Origin: a virus
Taxonomy: Duplodnaviria; Heunggongvirae; Uroviricota; Caudoviricetes
DNA: 27,803 nucleotides
Virus record (IMG/VR): IMGVR_UViG_2531839664_000018
Direction: 5' to 3' (one strand)
Part shown: in pieces, positions 8,439-16,237 of the stretch
Layout of the letters: every line of letters starts with the position of its first letter
Numbering within the stretch: the stretch's first letter is position 1
Notes under the pieces: generated by a model
Database searches by the model: none
What the model was told of the DNA's origin: nothing
What the model saw: only the letters and a program-made list of their open reading frames with translations
Position numbers and translations under genes: made by a program

Positions 8439-8515
8439 TGGTGCGTTGTACTGGATTCGAACCAGTGACCGATTGCTTAGAAGGCAATTGCTCTGTCCGG
8501 CTGAGCTAACAACGC
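8439..8515 (-). tRNA. tRNA-Arg (anticodon UCU, reads AGA)
   Basis: Hand-folded cloverleaf: acceptor GCGTTGT/ACAACGC, D-stem GCTC/GAGC, anticodon stem ATTGC/GCAAT, loop CTTCTAA, T-arm ACTGG-TTCGAAT-CCAGT, encoded CCA. Confidence 0.85.
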
Positions 8516-8528
8516 AGGGTACGGATAA

Positions 8529-8605
8529 TGGACCGCCATCGAGGACTCGAACCCCGCGCAACCAGCTTCGAAGGCTGGCGCTCTATCCCGATGAGCTAAT
8601 GGCGG
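8529..8605 (-). tRNA. tRNA-Arg (anticodon UCG)
   Basis: Cloverleaf: acceptor CCGCCAT/ATGGCGG, D-stem GCTC/GAGC, anticodon stem CCAGC/GCTGG, loop CTTCGAA, T-loop TTCGAGT, encoded CCA. Confidence 0.8.
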
Positions 8606-8612
8606 TATGTGA

Positions 8613-8688
8613 TGGTGGCCCTTGCTGGATTTGAACCAGCGACCTGGCGATTATGAGTCGCTCGCTCTCACCACTGAGCTAAAGGGCC
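8613..8688 (-). tRNA. tRNA with anticodon CAU, most likely tRNA-Ile2 (lysidine type) rather than Met
   Basis: Cloverleaf: acceptor GGCCCTT/AAGGGCC with G1-C72 paired (not initiator), anticodon loop CTCATAA, T-arm GCTGG-TTCAAAT-CCAGC; resembles E. coli ileX-type tRNA as recalled. Confidence 0.8.
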
Positions 8689-8728
8689 GGGCGCAGAATA
8701 ATAACGGTGCGTCACTGATTCTGCAATA

Positions 8729-9787
8729 TCATCCGTTCTGACTGATAAAATCCTGAACTTCCCTGACTGTCTGCTCAAAACGTCCGGTCTCCAGCTCAAC
8801 ACCAATCGCCCGACGTCCCAGTGACAGCGCCGCTTTTACCGTTGAACCTGACCCCATGAAAAAATCTGCAATCAGGTCACCCGGACGACTGCTCGCACTG
8901 ATTATCTGCCGCAGCATTTCTGCCGGTTTTTCGCACGGATGTTTCCCGGGATAGTACTGTACGGGTTTGTGCGTCCACACATCCGTATAAGGAACCGCAG
9001 CCGATACGGAAAAATAACGCCGCAGGGTTTTATACTCTTCCTGCAGGCTGACATATTGTCGGCTCAGTTCACTGTATGTACTGACCAGCTGGTGGTGTGG
9101 CCATTCCAGTTCACCGCGCTGATGCTTCTCTTCTGCCACCCGGGCAAACAGGGCCTGTAATTTCAGATAATCGCTTTCGTTCGGCAGCTGCCACTGACTG
9201 GCACTGAACCAGTGCGACACCATGTTTTTCTTTCCTGTGACATCTGCAATCTGTTTTGCCGTTATCCCCAGGGCAGCGCGCGCATCACGAAAGTAAGCAA
9301 TCAGCGGGGCCATCACATGCTGTTTCAGTGCCCTGCCCTTCGCCTCACAGCCATCATCTTTCGGGCGATACGGCCCCTGATAATGTTCCGCGAACAGAAT
9401 GCGCTCTGTGGCCGGAAAATACGCCCGCAGGCTTTCCTTGTTACACCCGTTCCAGCGTCCGGACGGCTTTGCCCAGATGATATGGTTCAGTACGTTAAAC
9501 CGCTCACGCATCATGATTTCGGTGTCAGATGCCAGGCGATGGCCACAGAACAGGTAAAGACTTCCGGCTGGTTTCAGCACCCGCCAGAACTGCGCAAGGC
9601 ACTGGTCCAGCCACTTCAGGTAATCTTCATCACCCACCCACTGGTTATCCCAGTCCGCGGGTTTCACTTTGAAGTACGGCGGGTCCGTGACTATCAGGTC
9701 AACAGAATTTTCGGGTAACGACCGCATAAATTCCAGGCAGTCGGCGTTGATTAACTCATAACTGGATATTTTTACAGTATTAAGCAT
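8729..9787 (-). CDS. Orphan DNA methyltransferase (N6-adenine/N4-cytosine class, beta-type motif order)
   Basis: 352 aa; motif IV DPPY (LIVTDPPYF) near N-terminus and motif I FxGxG (DFFMGSGST) near C-terminus; no adjacent restriction endonuclease. Confidence 0.85.
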   Translation of the reverse strand: MLNTVKISSYELINADCLEFMRSLPENSVDLIVTDPPYFKVKPADWDNQWVGDEDYLKWLDQCLAQFWRVLKPAGSLYLFCGHRLASDTEIMMRERFNVLNHIIWAKPSGRWNGCNKESLRAYFPATERILFAEHYQGPYRPKDDGCEAKGRALKQHVMAPLIAYFRDARAALGITAKQIADVTGKKNMVSHWFSASQWQLPNESDYLKLQALFARVAEEKHQRGELEWPHHQLVSTYSELSRQYVSLQEEYKTLRRYFSVSAAVPYTDVWTHKPVQYYPGKHPCEKPAEMLRQIISASSRPGDLIADFFMGSGSTVKAALSLGRRAIGVELETGRFEQTVREVQDFISQNG

Positions 9788-9926
9788 GGATCATTAAGCC
9801 TGTCTCTGATAGGCTCATTCTGCTTTTGCGCAAAGCAGTGGGCCTGAGGTTTGCTTGTGATCCAGACGCATGAGCAGATGGCTGGTGAGTGCCCCTAACA
9901 CCCACCAGCCGCCCATTTACCACAAA

Positions 9927-9951
9927 TAAAAAAGCCTTCAGGACTGAAGGC
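9927..9951 (-). terminator. Minus-strand rho-independent terminator overlapping the stop of the 65-aa gene
   Basis: GCCTTCAGGACTGAAGGC hairpin preceded on plus by AAAAAA (U-run downstream on minus transcript). Confidence 0.5.
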
Positions 9952-10135
9952 GTCTGTAACAACCAAACTGATAGTCTGCCAGACCCGCCATAACCAGCTG
10001 GGTCAGTATTAACTGGCAGCGTTCGCGTGAAAGGTAAGTATTCTGCGCAATCTCCCCGACTGTCGCCGGGTCGGTAACGCTTAATTCATTAAACACCACT
10101 CTGGCGGTTTCTGTCATATCCTGCTGTTTTAGCAT
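9938..10135 (-). CDS. Hypothetical small protein (65 aa), possible winged-helix DNA-binding fold
   Basis: MLKQQDMTETARVVFNELSVTDPATVGEIAQNTYLSRERCQLILTQLVMAGLADYQFGCYRRLQS; AGGGA RBS-like upstream; lies between tR'-like terminator and the methylase. Confidence 0.4.
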   Translation of the reverse strand: MLKQQDMTETARVVFNELSVTDPATVGEIAQNTYLSRERCQLILTQLVMAGLADYQFGCYRRLQS

Positions 10136-10254
10136 GCTTTTTCCCTTTTCCGGTTAACGTGACACACCAATAACTCTTGTCGAAAAAGCCAGCAAGCTGA
10201 AAGACCGGTATTCACCGCCACCAGCGCGTTTACTGTACTGACGCGATTTCAGTC

Positions 10255-10280
10255 ATAAAAAACCCGCCTGGCGGCGGGGT
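10255..10280 (-). terminator. tR'-like late terminator (rho-independent)
   Basis: Minus strand CCCGCC-gcca-GGCGGG followed by TTTTTTAT, about 45-60 nt downstream of the predicted pR'-like start. Confidence 0.6.
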
Positions 10281-10327
10281 GTAAAAAATCTTCTAACGTC
10301 AGGCATAAAAAGCCCATCGTTAGGGGA

Positions 10328-10355
10328 AATTTACCACAGATTCGGGAAAAATCAA
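10328..10355 (-). promoter_or_regulatory. pR'-like late promoter just downstream of the Q-like gene
   Basis: Minus strand TTGATT-16 nt-TAAATT followed by TTTCCCCTAACGATGGG, which resembles the lambda pR'/qut initial transcribed region (TAAATTTGACTCAACGATGGG) as recalled. Confidence 0.35.
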
Positions 10356-10360
10356 CAAAG

Positions 10361-11182
10361 CTATCTGGTCACCTTTTTCAGTTGTTGTTCTGCCCATGCT
10401 TCTTCAATATCAAACTGCACCACCAGCGTATCGTAAAAACGTTTAACTGTTTTTTTCCATGTATCAAGAGATATGGCATCGGTTACATTACATATGGCAT
10501 TAAATGCCTCCGTTGAAGGTAATCTTTCATAGCCACGCCCACCACAACGCTGACAGTTTCTGAAAACCGGCACACCCTGTTTTTCCGACTCTTCACGATG
10601 AATGGCAACACCGCGCCCACGACAATCTTTACAGGCTGTGGAAACCTCCCCCTTTCCGCCACACTCCGGACAGGCAACTTTTACCACCTCCCTGACTTTT
10701 TTCCATTCCTCCCAGTAAGACGGATACACGCCTTTTGTGCACTTTGCCCATACTGGCGGCTTACCATCCGGATACTGGATCTTGTTTGTAAAAACCTCGC
10801 TTTCAATAAATTTTTTTCCGTGACAGCAGGGGCACTGTTTTTTGCTCGCCGCGCTACGGGCATAATCTTCAAACGCATACGAAGCCATAATGCGCATCAC
10901 TGCCGGTTTTATTTCTGCCGGGAGTTTTCTTAACGCCGCCACGCAATCACACCGACTGAGTGCATATTCTGTCAGCAATTCTGTTGCCCGCTCTCTGTCA
11001 TTCATACTAATGCCCATTTTCCCAAGGAACGCAGAAAACCCCATCTCAGCCCGATTCTGTGTCATGCCCTGCGCTGCCATCACATCAGTGATACTCAGCG
11101 CATCTTTTGACGTCGAGGCAGAGGCATCTGTCAGGCCGGGGGATTTTGGTGAATAGTACTTCGGTAAATCTTCCAGTTTCAT
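10361..11182 (-). CDS. Putative late antiterminator Q-like protein with DnaJ-type zinc-finger repeats
   Basis: 273 aa with four CxxCxGxG motifs (CPCCHGKK, CPECGGKG, CKDCRGRG, CQRCGGRG); sits between RusA and the pR'/tR' signals; start overlaps rusA stop (ATGA). Confidence 0.5.
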   Translation of the reverse strand: MKLEDLPKYYSPKSPGLTDASASTSKDALSITDVMAAQGMTQNRAEMGFSAFLGKMGISMNDRERATELLTEYALSRCDCVAALRKLPAEIKPAVMRIMASYAFEDYARSAASKKQCPCCHGKKFIESEVFTNKIQYPDGKPPVWAKCTKGVYPSYWEEWKKVREVVKVACPECGGKGEVSTACKDCRGRGVAIHREESEKQGVPVFRNCQRCGGRGYERLPSTEAFNAICNVTDAISLDTWKKTVKRFYDTLVVQFDIEEAWAEQQLKKVTR

Positions 11183-11553
11183 TTTTGGGCCTGTCCTTCA
11201 TGCGTTATTTGGTAAATCTTCACACCCAGTCGTCCACCAGATACTGGCTGACCACGTACAATATTGATTTCATCAAACTGCTCGTCATCAATGAGCACTC
11301 CCGCATGCGTCAGCGCATCCAGCGGTGCTTTCAGAATATTGTCCAGGTCGCGACGGCGCTTATCCGGTGGCTCTGCAATCACCTTTATCGCCAGCCTTCC
11401 GGACAGGCTTAATTTCAGCCGCTGCTGGCGAACAATAAGCGCCACTGCCCGGCGATAACGCTTTCCCTCCTCCGAGATAAAATATGTACTGCCACGACGA
11501 CGCCAGTAGGTGTTCACCGTTGGCGGGTAAGGTAAAACCAAATCTATAGGCAT
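11179..11553 (-). CDS. rusA: RusA-family Holliday junction resolvase
   Basis: 124 aa; PYPPTVNTYWRRRG...DKRRRDLDNILKAPLDALTHAGVLIDD matches RusA signature residues. Confidence 0.8.
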   Translation of the reverse strand: MPIDLVLPYPPTVNTYWRRRGSTYFISEEGKRYRRAVALIVRQQRLKLSLSGRLAIKVIAEPPDKRRRDLDNILKAPLDALTHAGVLIDDEQFDEINIVRGQPVSGGRLGVKIYQITHEGQAQK

Positions 11554-11565
11554 CAGTCACCTCTT

Positions 11566-12669
11566 TTACCCAAGCACGCCAGTCGCAAAGGCGTGATCAA
11601 GAAAATGAAAAATCAACTCAACCTGGGACCCGTACTTTTTCTCAAACTCCAGCGGGTCAGCATGAAGTTCGTTGTGGTGCTCCCGGCACAACGGTAGTGT
11701 GAAAATATCGTGGGATTTTGTCCCCATACCGCCCTGCCCATGGCCAATCAGGTGATGGGGATCGTCGGCTGGTTTACCACAACACACGCACGGCTGTGTC
11801 TTTACCCAGCGCGTGTACTTTTCATTAACCCAGCGACGACGTTTAGGCCGTTTCATGAAAGATTCCGGGGACTCCGGATCAACGGCGATGCTTACTACCG
11901 TCTTTTCCTGTGGCGTGGTTTGTGGCTGGTGGGCGTGAAGCGGTGGCGCTATGTTTTTTGTCCGCTGCTTCAGTATGCTGGTGGCGGTCTGCTCTCCCGG
12001 TACGATGTCGCTCTCACTGTATACGGAGCGGATTTTTTCCACCGGTAATCCCAGCGAACGACGCAATACAGACTCCGGAATTGCATCAGCCACCTGATGA
12101 CAAACCGCCCACCAGCATAACTCTGCCAGCGACAGTTCCCGCTCCTGCGTGCCATTCATTGCATGACGGATGACGTCAATCATCCAGGCAGCCAGATTCT
12201 GCTGAGCAAGTTGCTCCAGTGAATCAGATGTCTGCTCCCGCAGCTGGTTGTCGCAGTGCCAGCACAACACCATCGCGCCGGTACCGTAACGGTGAATGAC
12301 GGTTTCGCTATGATGATAATCACCGTGTGGCCACTGGCAGGATTTCACGTGACGTAATAACCAGTCAGACAGTGCACCAGCGCCACCCGCAGCACGGTTT
12401 ACCCGCTCATCACTGAAAAATGGCAGTAATGATTTGTCTTCCACCAGCGGCTGGCGAACAGTGGGAACCGCTCCGGATGGCAGCGCCCGCATGTTTTTCG
12501 GTTCCGGCTCCACCAGCACCCTGCCGCAATGAAAAACCGGCAGTGATTCACGACCGGGCGTAAGGACCACCAGCCCGAGTTCCGGAACCAGAACAGGTCG
12601 AAGTAATACCCGCACATTACCTCCAGACGCGCTGACGGTAGCAGGCATGTGTCCGTGGCAGATGTGCAC
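11566..12669 (-). CDS. DUF968-family phage protein (YdfU-like) with C-terminal HNH-like zinc motif
   Basis: 367-aa ORF; C-terminus CVCCGKPADDPHHLIGHGQGG...LCREHHNELH; start codon uncertain. Confidence 0.6.
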   Translation of the reverse strand: MHICHGHMPATVSASGGNVRVLLRPVLVPELGLVVLTPGRESLPVFHCGRVLVEPEPKNMRALPSGAVPTVRQPLVEDKSLLPFFSDERVNRAAGGAGALSDWLLRHVKSCQWPHGDYHHSETVIHRYGTGAMVLCWHCDNQLREQTSDSLEQLAQQNLAAWMIDVIRHAMNGTQERELSLAELCWWAVCHQVADAIPESVLRRSLGLPVEKIRSVYSESDIVPGEQTATSILKQRTKNIAPPLHAHQPQTTPQEKTVVSIAVDPESPESFMKRPKRRRWVNEKYTRWVKTQPCVCCGKPADDPHHLIGHGQGGMGTKSHDIFTLPLCREHHNELHADPLEFEKKYGSQVELIFHFLDHAFATGVLG

Positions 12670-12952
12670 GAACAGGAAGATATACAGAAACGGTCCAGGT
12701 CAGACGATCAGCGTTCAGGCTCCGCTCCACACGGACACCGCGACGCCAATACGCCTGTTGAAGCATATCGGCCTCATCGGTCGAACAGAACAGATAATGA
12801 AACCAGCCATACTGAGGCACACGGAAACGCCGCCCCTGCTTAGTAGTCGGGGCGGCTTCGGAATTGTGGGATTTTATATGTTGCGCCATCGGCTTCTCCG
12901 GTGACGCAGCAGGTGCCAGTTGTTCAGGCTGACGGCGCGAATTGTAAGGCAA
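12617..12952 (-). CDS. Hypothetical protein (111 aa), overlaps downstream gene by 53 nt
   Basis: ORF only; GC-rich region with open frames on both strands; could be a frameshifted N-terminal portion of the DUF968 gene. Confidence 0.25.
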   Translation of the reverse strand: MPYNSRRQPEQLAPAASPEKPMAQHIKSHNSEAAPTTKQGRRFRVPQYGWFHYLFCSTDEADMLQQAYWRRGVRVERSLNADRLTWTVSVYLPVRAHLPRTHACYRQRVWR

Positions 12953-13009
12953 TACGCCGGAATGTACAAACAGAAAACCCGTCAGTAAGACGGGGATAAC
13001 CAGAACCGG

Positions 13010-13357
13010 TTACTTTAATAATTTCAGCGTTTTTACATCCAGTTCAACACTGTTCAGGTCTTTATCAAGTTCACCCTCGATTATTACCTTATCTTCCGGA
13101 GACACATTCTGCCCGGCCCATACACTTTCATCGATATCCGTGACAATGGTTCCGCTACTGTCGCGAAACTCATAACGATCATCACCCAATTTTTTAACGA
13201 TGTGCCCTTCAAGGATAACCCATGCCTCGTCCTTCTGTTCTTTTGCCTGCACTACTGTTGTTGAACGCTCTGCTTCAGACCCCAGAAAACCTCCCTGTTG
13301 TGCAAAAACGCCAAAAGACACGCAGGAAAAAAGGGCTGCGATTAATACTTTTTTCAT
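13010..13357 (-). CDS. BOF/YgiW-family periplasmic OB-fold protein
   Basis: 115 aa from ATG 13357 (GAGGA RBS): signal peptide MKKVLIAALFSCVSFGVFAQQ then OB-fold-like body; ORF-track start at 13438 is too far upstream. Confidence 0.7.
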   Translation of the reverse strand: MKKVLIAALFSCVSFGVFAQQGGFLGSEAERSTTVVQAKEQKDEAWVILEGHIVKKLGDDRYEFRDSSGTIVTDIDESVWAGQNVSPEDKVIIEGELDKDLNSVELDVKTLKLLK

Positions 13358-13474
13358 TATCGTCCTCTTCAAGAAATTAACATGAACACTTGCATTGCAG
13401 CATATAAAATGCGGGTGCGTTGAGGATGCCTGACACATCAGAGGTGGCGAGGGATTTCTCCCTCGCCTGGTCTC

Positions 13475-13630
13475 TTACTTCTCAGATTCGTAGTCTACGA
13501 AGACAGCGACCTCCGTCTGGCCGGTTCGGATTCGTACCTCGCAGAGGTCTTTCCTCGTTACCAGTGCCGTCACTATGACGGTTAAACAGATGACAATCAG
13601 GGCGATTAACATCGCCTTTTGCTGCTTCAT
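13475..13630 (-). CDS. hok: Hok/Gef-family type I toxin (51 aa)
   Basis: MKQQKAMLIALIVICLTVIVTALVTRKDLCEVRIRTGQTEVAVFVDYESEK with AAGGAG RBS; stable 9-bp stem with GAAA loop (13446-13467) 8 nt after stop. Confidence 0.8.
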   Translation of the reverse strand: MKQQKAMLIALIVICLTVIVTALVTRKDLCEVRIRTGQTEVAVFVDYESEK

Positions 13631-13875
13631 AGCCTGCTTCTCCTTGCCTTTCGGCACGTAAGAGGCTAACCTACATGAGCAAAGCATGAAATTGGCCTCA
13701 GATTAATGTTAAGCGTCTTGCCGGACGCGTAATGTTAACTGGGGCTTTTCTCTGTCTGCCTTACGGTGGCATGCCCGAGGCAGACAGCCTCAAGCACCCG
13801 CAGCAATTCTACTTAACTCTGCCGTTACAGCAAACCGTTTTCGCCCGATATGGGAATTCCCATATCGTAATGAAT

Positions 13876-13980
13876 TCAGTTCCCTAGTCGATCCATCAAA
13901 AACACAACCAGGCAGTAAACGCCCACAACAGCAACAACAGCCAGCGCACCTTCCATTGCCAGTGATATATCATCCGACAT
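13876..13980 (-). CDS. Small hydrophobic protein (34 aa), unannotated
   Basis: ATG 13980 preceded by AAGGAGG; MSDDISLAMEGALAVVAVVGVYCLVVFLMDRLGN*; below ORF-track cutoff. Confidence 0.3.
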   Translation of the reverse strand: MSDDISLAMEGALAVVAVVGVYCLVVFLMDRLGN

Positions 13981-14015
13981 ATTCCCTCCTTTGGTGTTAA
14001 TCCCGGCGAACGTTT

Positions 14016-14099
14016 TTACCCCCACCGACAAATAACATATACTAAAAAAGCGATAGCCATAGCAACGCCTGTAATTGCAAATGCTTCAGGCCAGTTCAT
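14016..14099 (-). CDS. Small hydrophobic protein (27 aa), translationally coupled to the DUF551 gene
   Basis: ATG overlaps upstream TGA (ATGA) with GGAGG 7 nt upstream; MNWPEAFAITGVAMAIAFLVYVICRWG*. Confidence 0.3.
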   Translation of the reverse strand: MNWPEAFAITGVAMAIAFLVYVICRWG

Positions 14100-14965
14100 T
14101 GGCGCACCTCCTGCGGCGGTTCTGGTAGCGGCATCCAGTGTGACGGTTTCCACGACGCACCAGGAATTATCCACCCATCATTAGCGTCAGGATGACCCGG
14201 GATGTAAGTCGCCCATTTCATTCGCCAGTCACCTTTCCTGTCAAACTCCACGGCAACAAGAACGGCTGTTTTGGTATCCGGCATTCGCTCACTACAGCTT
14301 ATCCAACTATCCGGAGTTACCGGATAGTTGCCCGATAGTGCATTCTGCTCCAGTGATGCTTTTACAAACCACGCTGCCTGAACTATAACGCCATGAATCC
14401 AGCGCAAATCAGCATCGCGATCTTTCTTTTTCATCTTTTCGCCACTTAAGGCCTTGCTTATGTGGCTGCGTACCAGGTCTTCATGTAATTCCTTCGCCTC
14501 CTCAATGGTGAAACCACCAGGCAGAAGAGCCGGAGTTACCGGAGAGCTGGTTGACGCTTCCGGGATTTTCCGAAAATTATTGGTTGACGAATCTTTATTT
14601 TCCCGAAAGTTTCCGGACTGAAGCATGGCTTCGCGGCAATCGTTCCAGCCTGTAGCGTATGCAGCCGCTTTGCTGCTGCCTTCAACTGGCGCATCCTGCC
14701 AATACATTTCTTCCGGCACTATCGGCGCTGGAGGGGCGGCAAATAGATATCCGCCAAAGTCAGGAAGCTCTCTAATGGCCTGTACGAATTTTTGTTTGCC
14801 TACGTCAACCCCTAATGGGTAATGAGCTATAATCTTTGCCACCGGCTCTGCTTCCAGCGATGCCAGCGCAATCCGTGCCAGTTCCATTTGTTCACCACGG
14901 GTAAGCCCGTTTTCAAGCGGATTTTTAATGAACAATTCAATACGTTCTTTGGTAATAGTGGTCAT
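14096..14965 (-). CDS. Phage protein with C-terminal DUF551-like domain
   Basis: 289 aa; C-terminus WISCSERMPDTKTAVLV...GDWRMKWATYIPGHPDANDGWIIPGASWKPSHWMPLPEPP typical of enterobacterial prophage DUF551 proteins. Confidence 0.6.
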   Translation of the reverse strand: MTTITKERIELFIKNPLENGLTRGEQMELARIALASLEAEPVAKIIAHYPLGVDVGKQKFVQAIRELPDFGGYLFAAPPAPIVPEEMYWQDAPVEGSSKAAAYATGWNDCREAMLQSGNFRENKDSSTNNFRKIPEASTSSPVTPALLPGGFTIEEAKELHEDLVRSHISKALSGEKMKKKDRDADLRWIHGVIVQAAWFVKASLEQNALSGNYPVTPDSWISCSERMPDTKTAVLVAVEFDRKGDWRMKWATYIPGHPDANDGWIIPGASWKPSHWMPLPEPPQEVRQ

Positions 14966-14975
14966 GTGTTACTCC

Positions 14976-15117
14976 TTAACCCGCAGTGCTTTCAACTGAT
15001 GAGGGGAACAAAATCTTTTCATCAAACCCTGCATTCATATCATGAACAGCAACACACCAATCCATCGACGAACGATTATCAAGAGCCTCCATGATTTCAT
15101 CCATGCGGCGTAGGTCA
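14976..15117 (-). pseudogene. 3' fragment of a small phage gene split by the IS66-family insertion
   Basis: Reads ...RRMDEIMEALDNRSSMDWCVAVHDMNAGFDEKILFPSSVESTAG*; joins in frame with the 5' fragment at 17827-17956 once the IS and one TSD copy are removed. Confidence 0.6.
15110..15117. repeat. 8-bp target-site duplication (GTAGGTCA), left copy
   Basis: Identical octamer immediately flanks both IS66-family ends. Confidence 0.8.
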
Positions 15118-15199
15118 GTAAGCGCCCCATCTGCGACGTCTTGTGAAAATTGTCCTGTCTGGCAACAATCGCGCCCATCTATATAGATGGACACGAACG

Positions 15200-15874
15200 A
15201 TGAATTCCCAGACAAAAAAAGATATTCCCTGCTTCCGTTCTTATTTGCCTGATGCTCTGCGTTTAAGATTTGAAGATAAACTGACCATCCGGGCCATCGC
15301 TCAGCGTCTAGGTCTCAGTCATTCCACAATACATACGCTTTTTCAGCGATTTATTGCATCCGGTATCGCATGGCCATTGCCCGATTCAGTTTCATTAGCT
15401 CAGCTTGATGCCATCCTTTATGCCAACAGAAAGAAGGAATTAACAGAGCCTCAAATCAGCGAAGGCACATGGCGAAAAGAACGGCGAGCCAGCTACAGCC
15501 GTGAATTTAAGGTCCGTCTGGCTAAGCAGGCATTACAGCCCGGTGCTGTTGTTGCCCGGATCGCCAGAGAGCACGGTATCAATGATAACCTGCTGTTTAA
15601 ATGGAAAAGCCAGTACGAGGACGGCTTACTGAGCGATGATGACATACAGGAATGCATGCCTGTCCCGGTGGCTCTGACTGATACGCCAGAGCCGACCAGA
15701 CCAGTTACAAATCCCTTCTGGCGTAACAAGCCTGATGAGTGCCCTGAGAGTGATCCCGGAAACGTCCCACGGTGCGAGCTGCATCTTAAATCAGGTGTGG
15801 TAAAACTGTTTGACCCTCTCACTCCGGAAATGTTACGGGCGCTAATCCGCGAAATGAAAGGAGGTACCCGATGA
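15200..15874 (+). CDS. IS66-family TnpA (accessory HTH protein); start codon uncertain
   Basis: Contains REFKVRLAKQALQPGAVVARIAREHGINDNLLFKWKSQY HTH motif typical of IS66 orf1; ORF-track start at 15143 is GTG, first ATG at 15200. Confidence 0.6.
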   Translation: MNSQTKKDIPCFRSYLPDALRLRFEDKLTIRAIAQRLGLSHSTIHTLFQRFIASGIAWPLPDSVSLAQLDAILYANRKKELTEPQISEGTWRKERRASYSREFKVRLAKQALQPGAVVARIAREHGINDNLLFKWKSQYEDGLLSDDDIQECMPVPVALTDTPEPTRPVTNPFWRNKPDECPESDPGNVPRCELHLKSGVVKLFDPLTPEMLRALIREMKGGTR

Positions 15875-16218
15875 TAACGCTGCCAACCGGTACCAGAATC
15901 TGGATCATCGCTGGCATCACAGATATGCGTTGTGGCTTCAACGGCCTGGCTTCGAAGGTGCAGAACACGCTGAAAGATGACCCGTTCTCCGGGCATATCT
16001 TCGTCTTCCGGGGCCGCAGTGGCAAAATGGTGAAAATACTGTGGGCCGATCGTGACGGGTTATGCCTGTTCGCCAAACGCCTGGAACGGGGCCGCTTCGT
16101 CTGGCCGGTAACCCGGGAAGGGAAAGTGCACCTGACGCCAGCTCAGTTATCCATGCTACTGGAGGGGATCGCGTGGCAACATCCCAAACGGACAGAACGG
16201 CCTGGCATCCGGATATAA
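15871..16218 (+). CDS. IS66-family TnpB
   Basis: 115 aa MITLPTGTRIWIIAGITDMRCGFNGLA...; ATG overlaps tnpA stop (ATGA), GGAGG RBS. Confidence 0.85.
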   Translation: MITLPTGTRIWIIAGITDMRCGFNGLASKVQNTLKDDPFSGHIFVFRGRSGKMVKILWADRDGLCLFAKRLERGRFVWPVTREGKVHLTPAQLSMLLEGIAWQHPKRTERPGIRI

Positions 16219-16237
16219 CCCGTGATAAAACAGGGGA

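Noticed and set aside
8439-8688. One of the three tRNAs acting as an amber suppressor for the TAG in the TerB-like gene
   Set aside because: Hand-folded anticodons are UCU, UCG and CAU; none is CUA.
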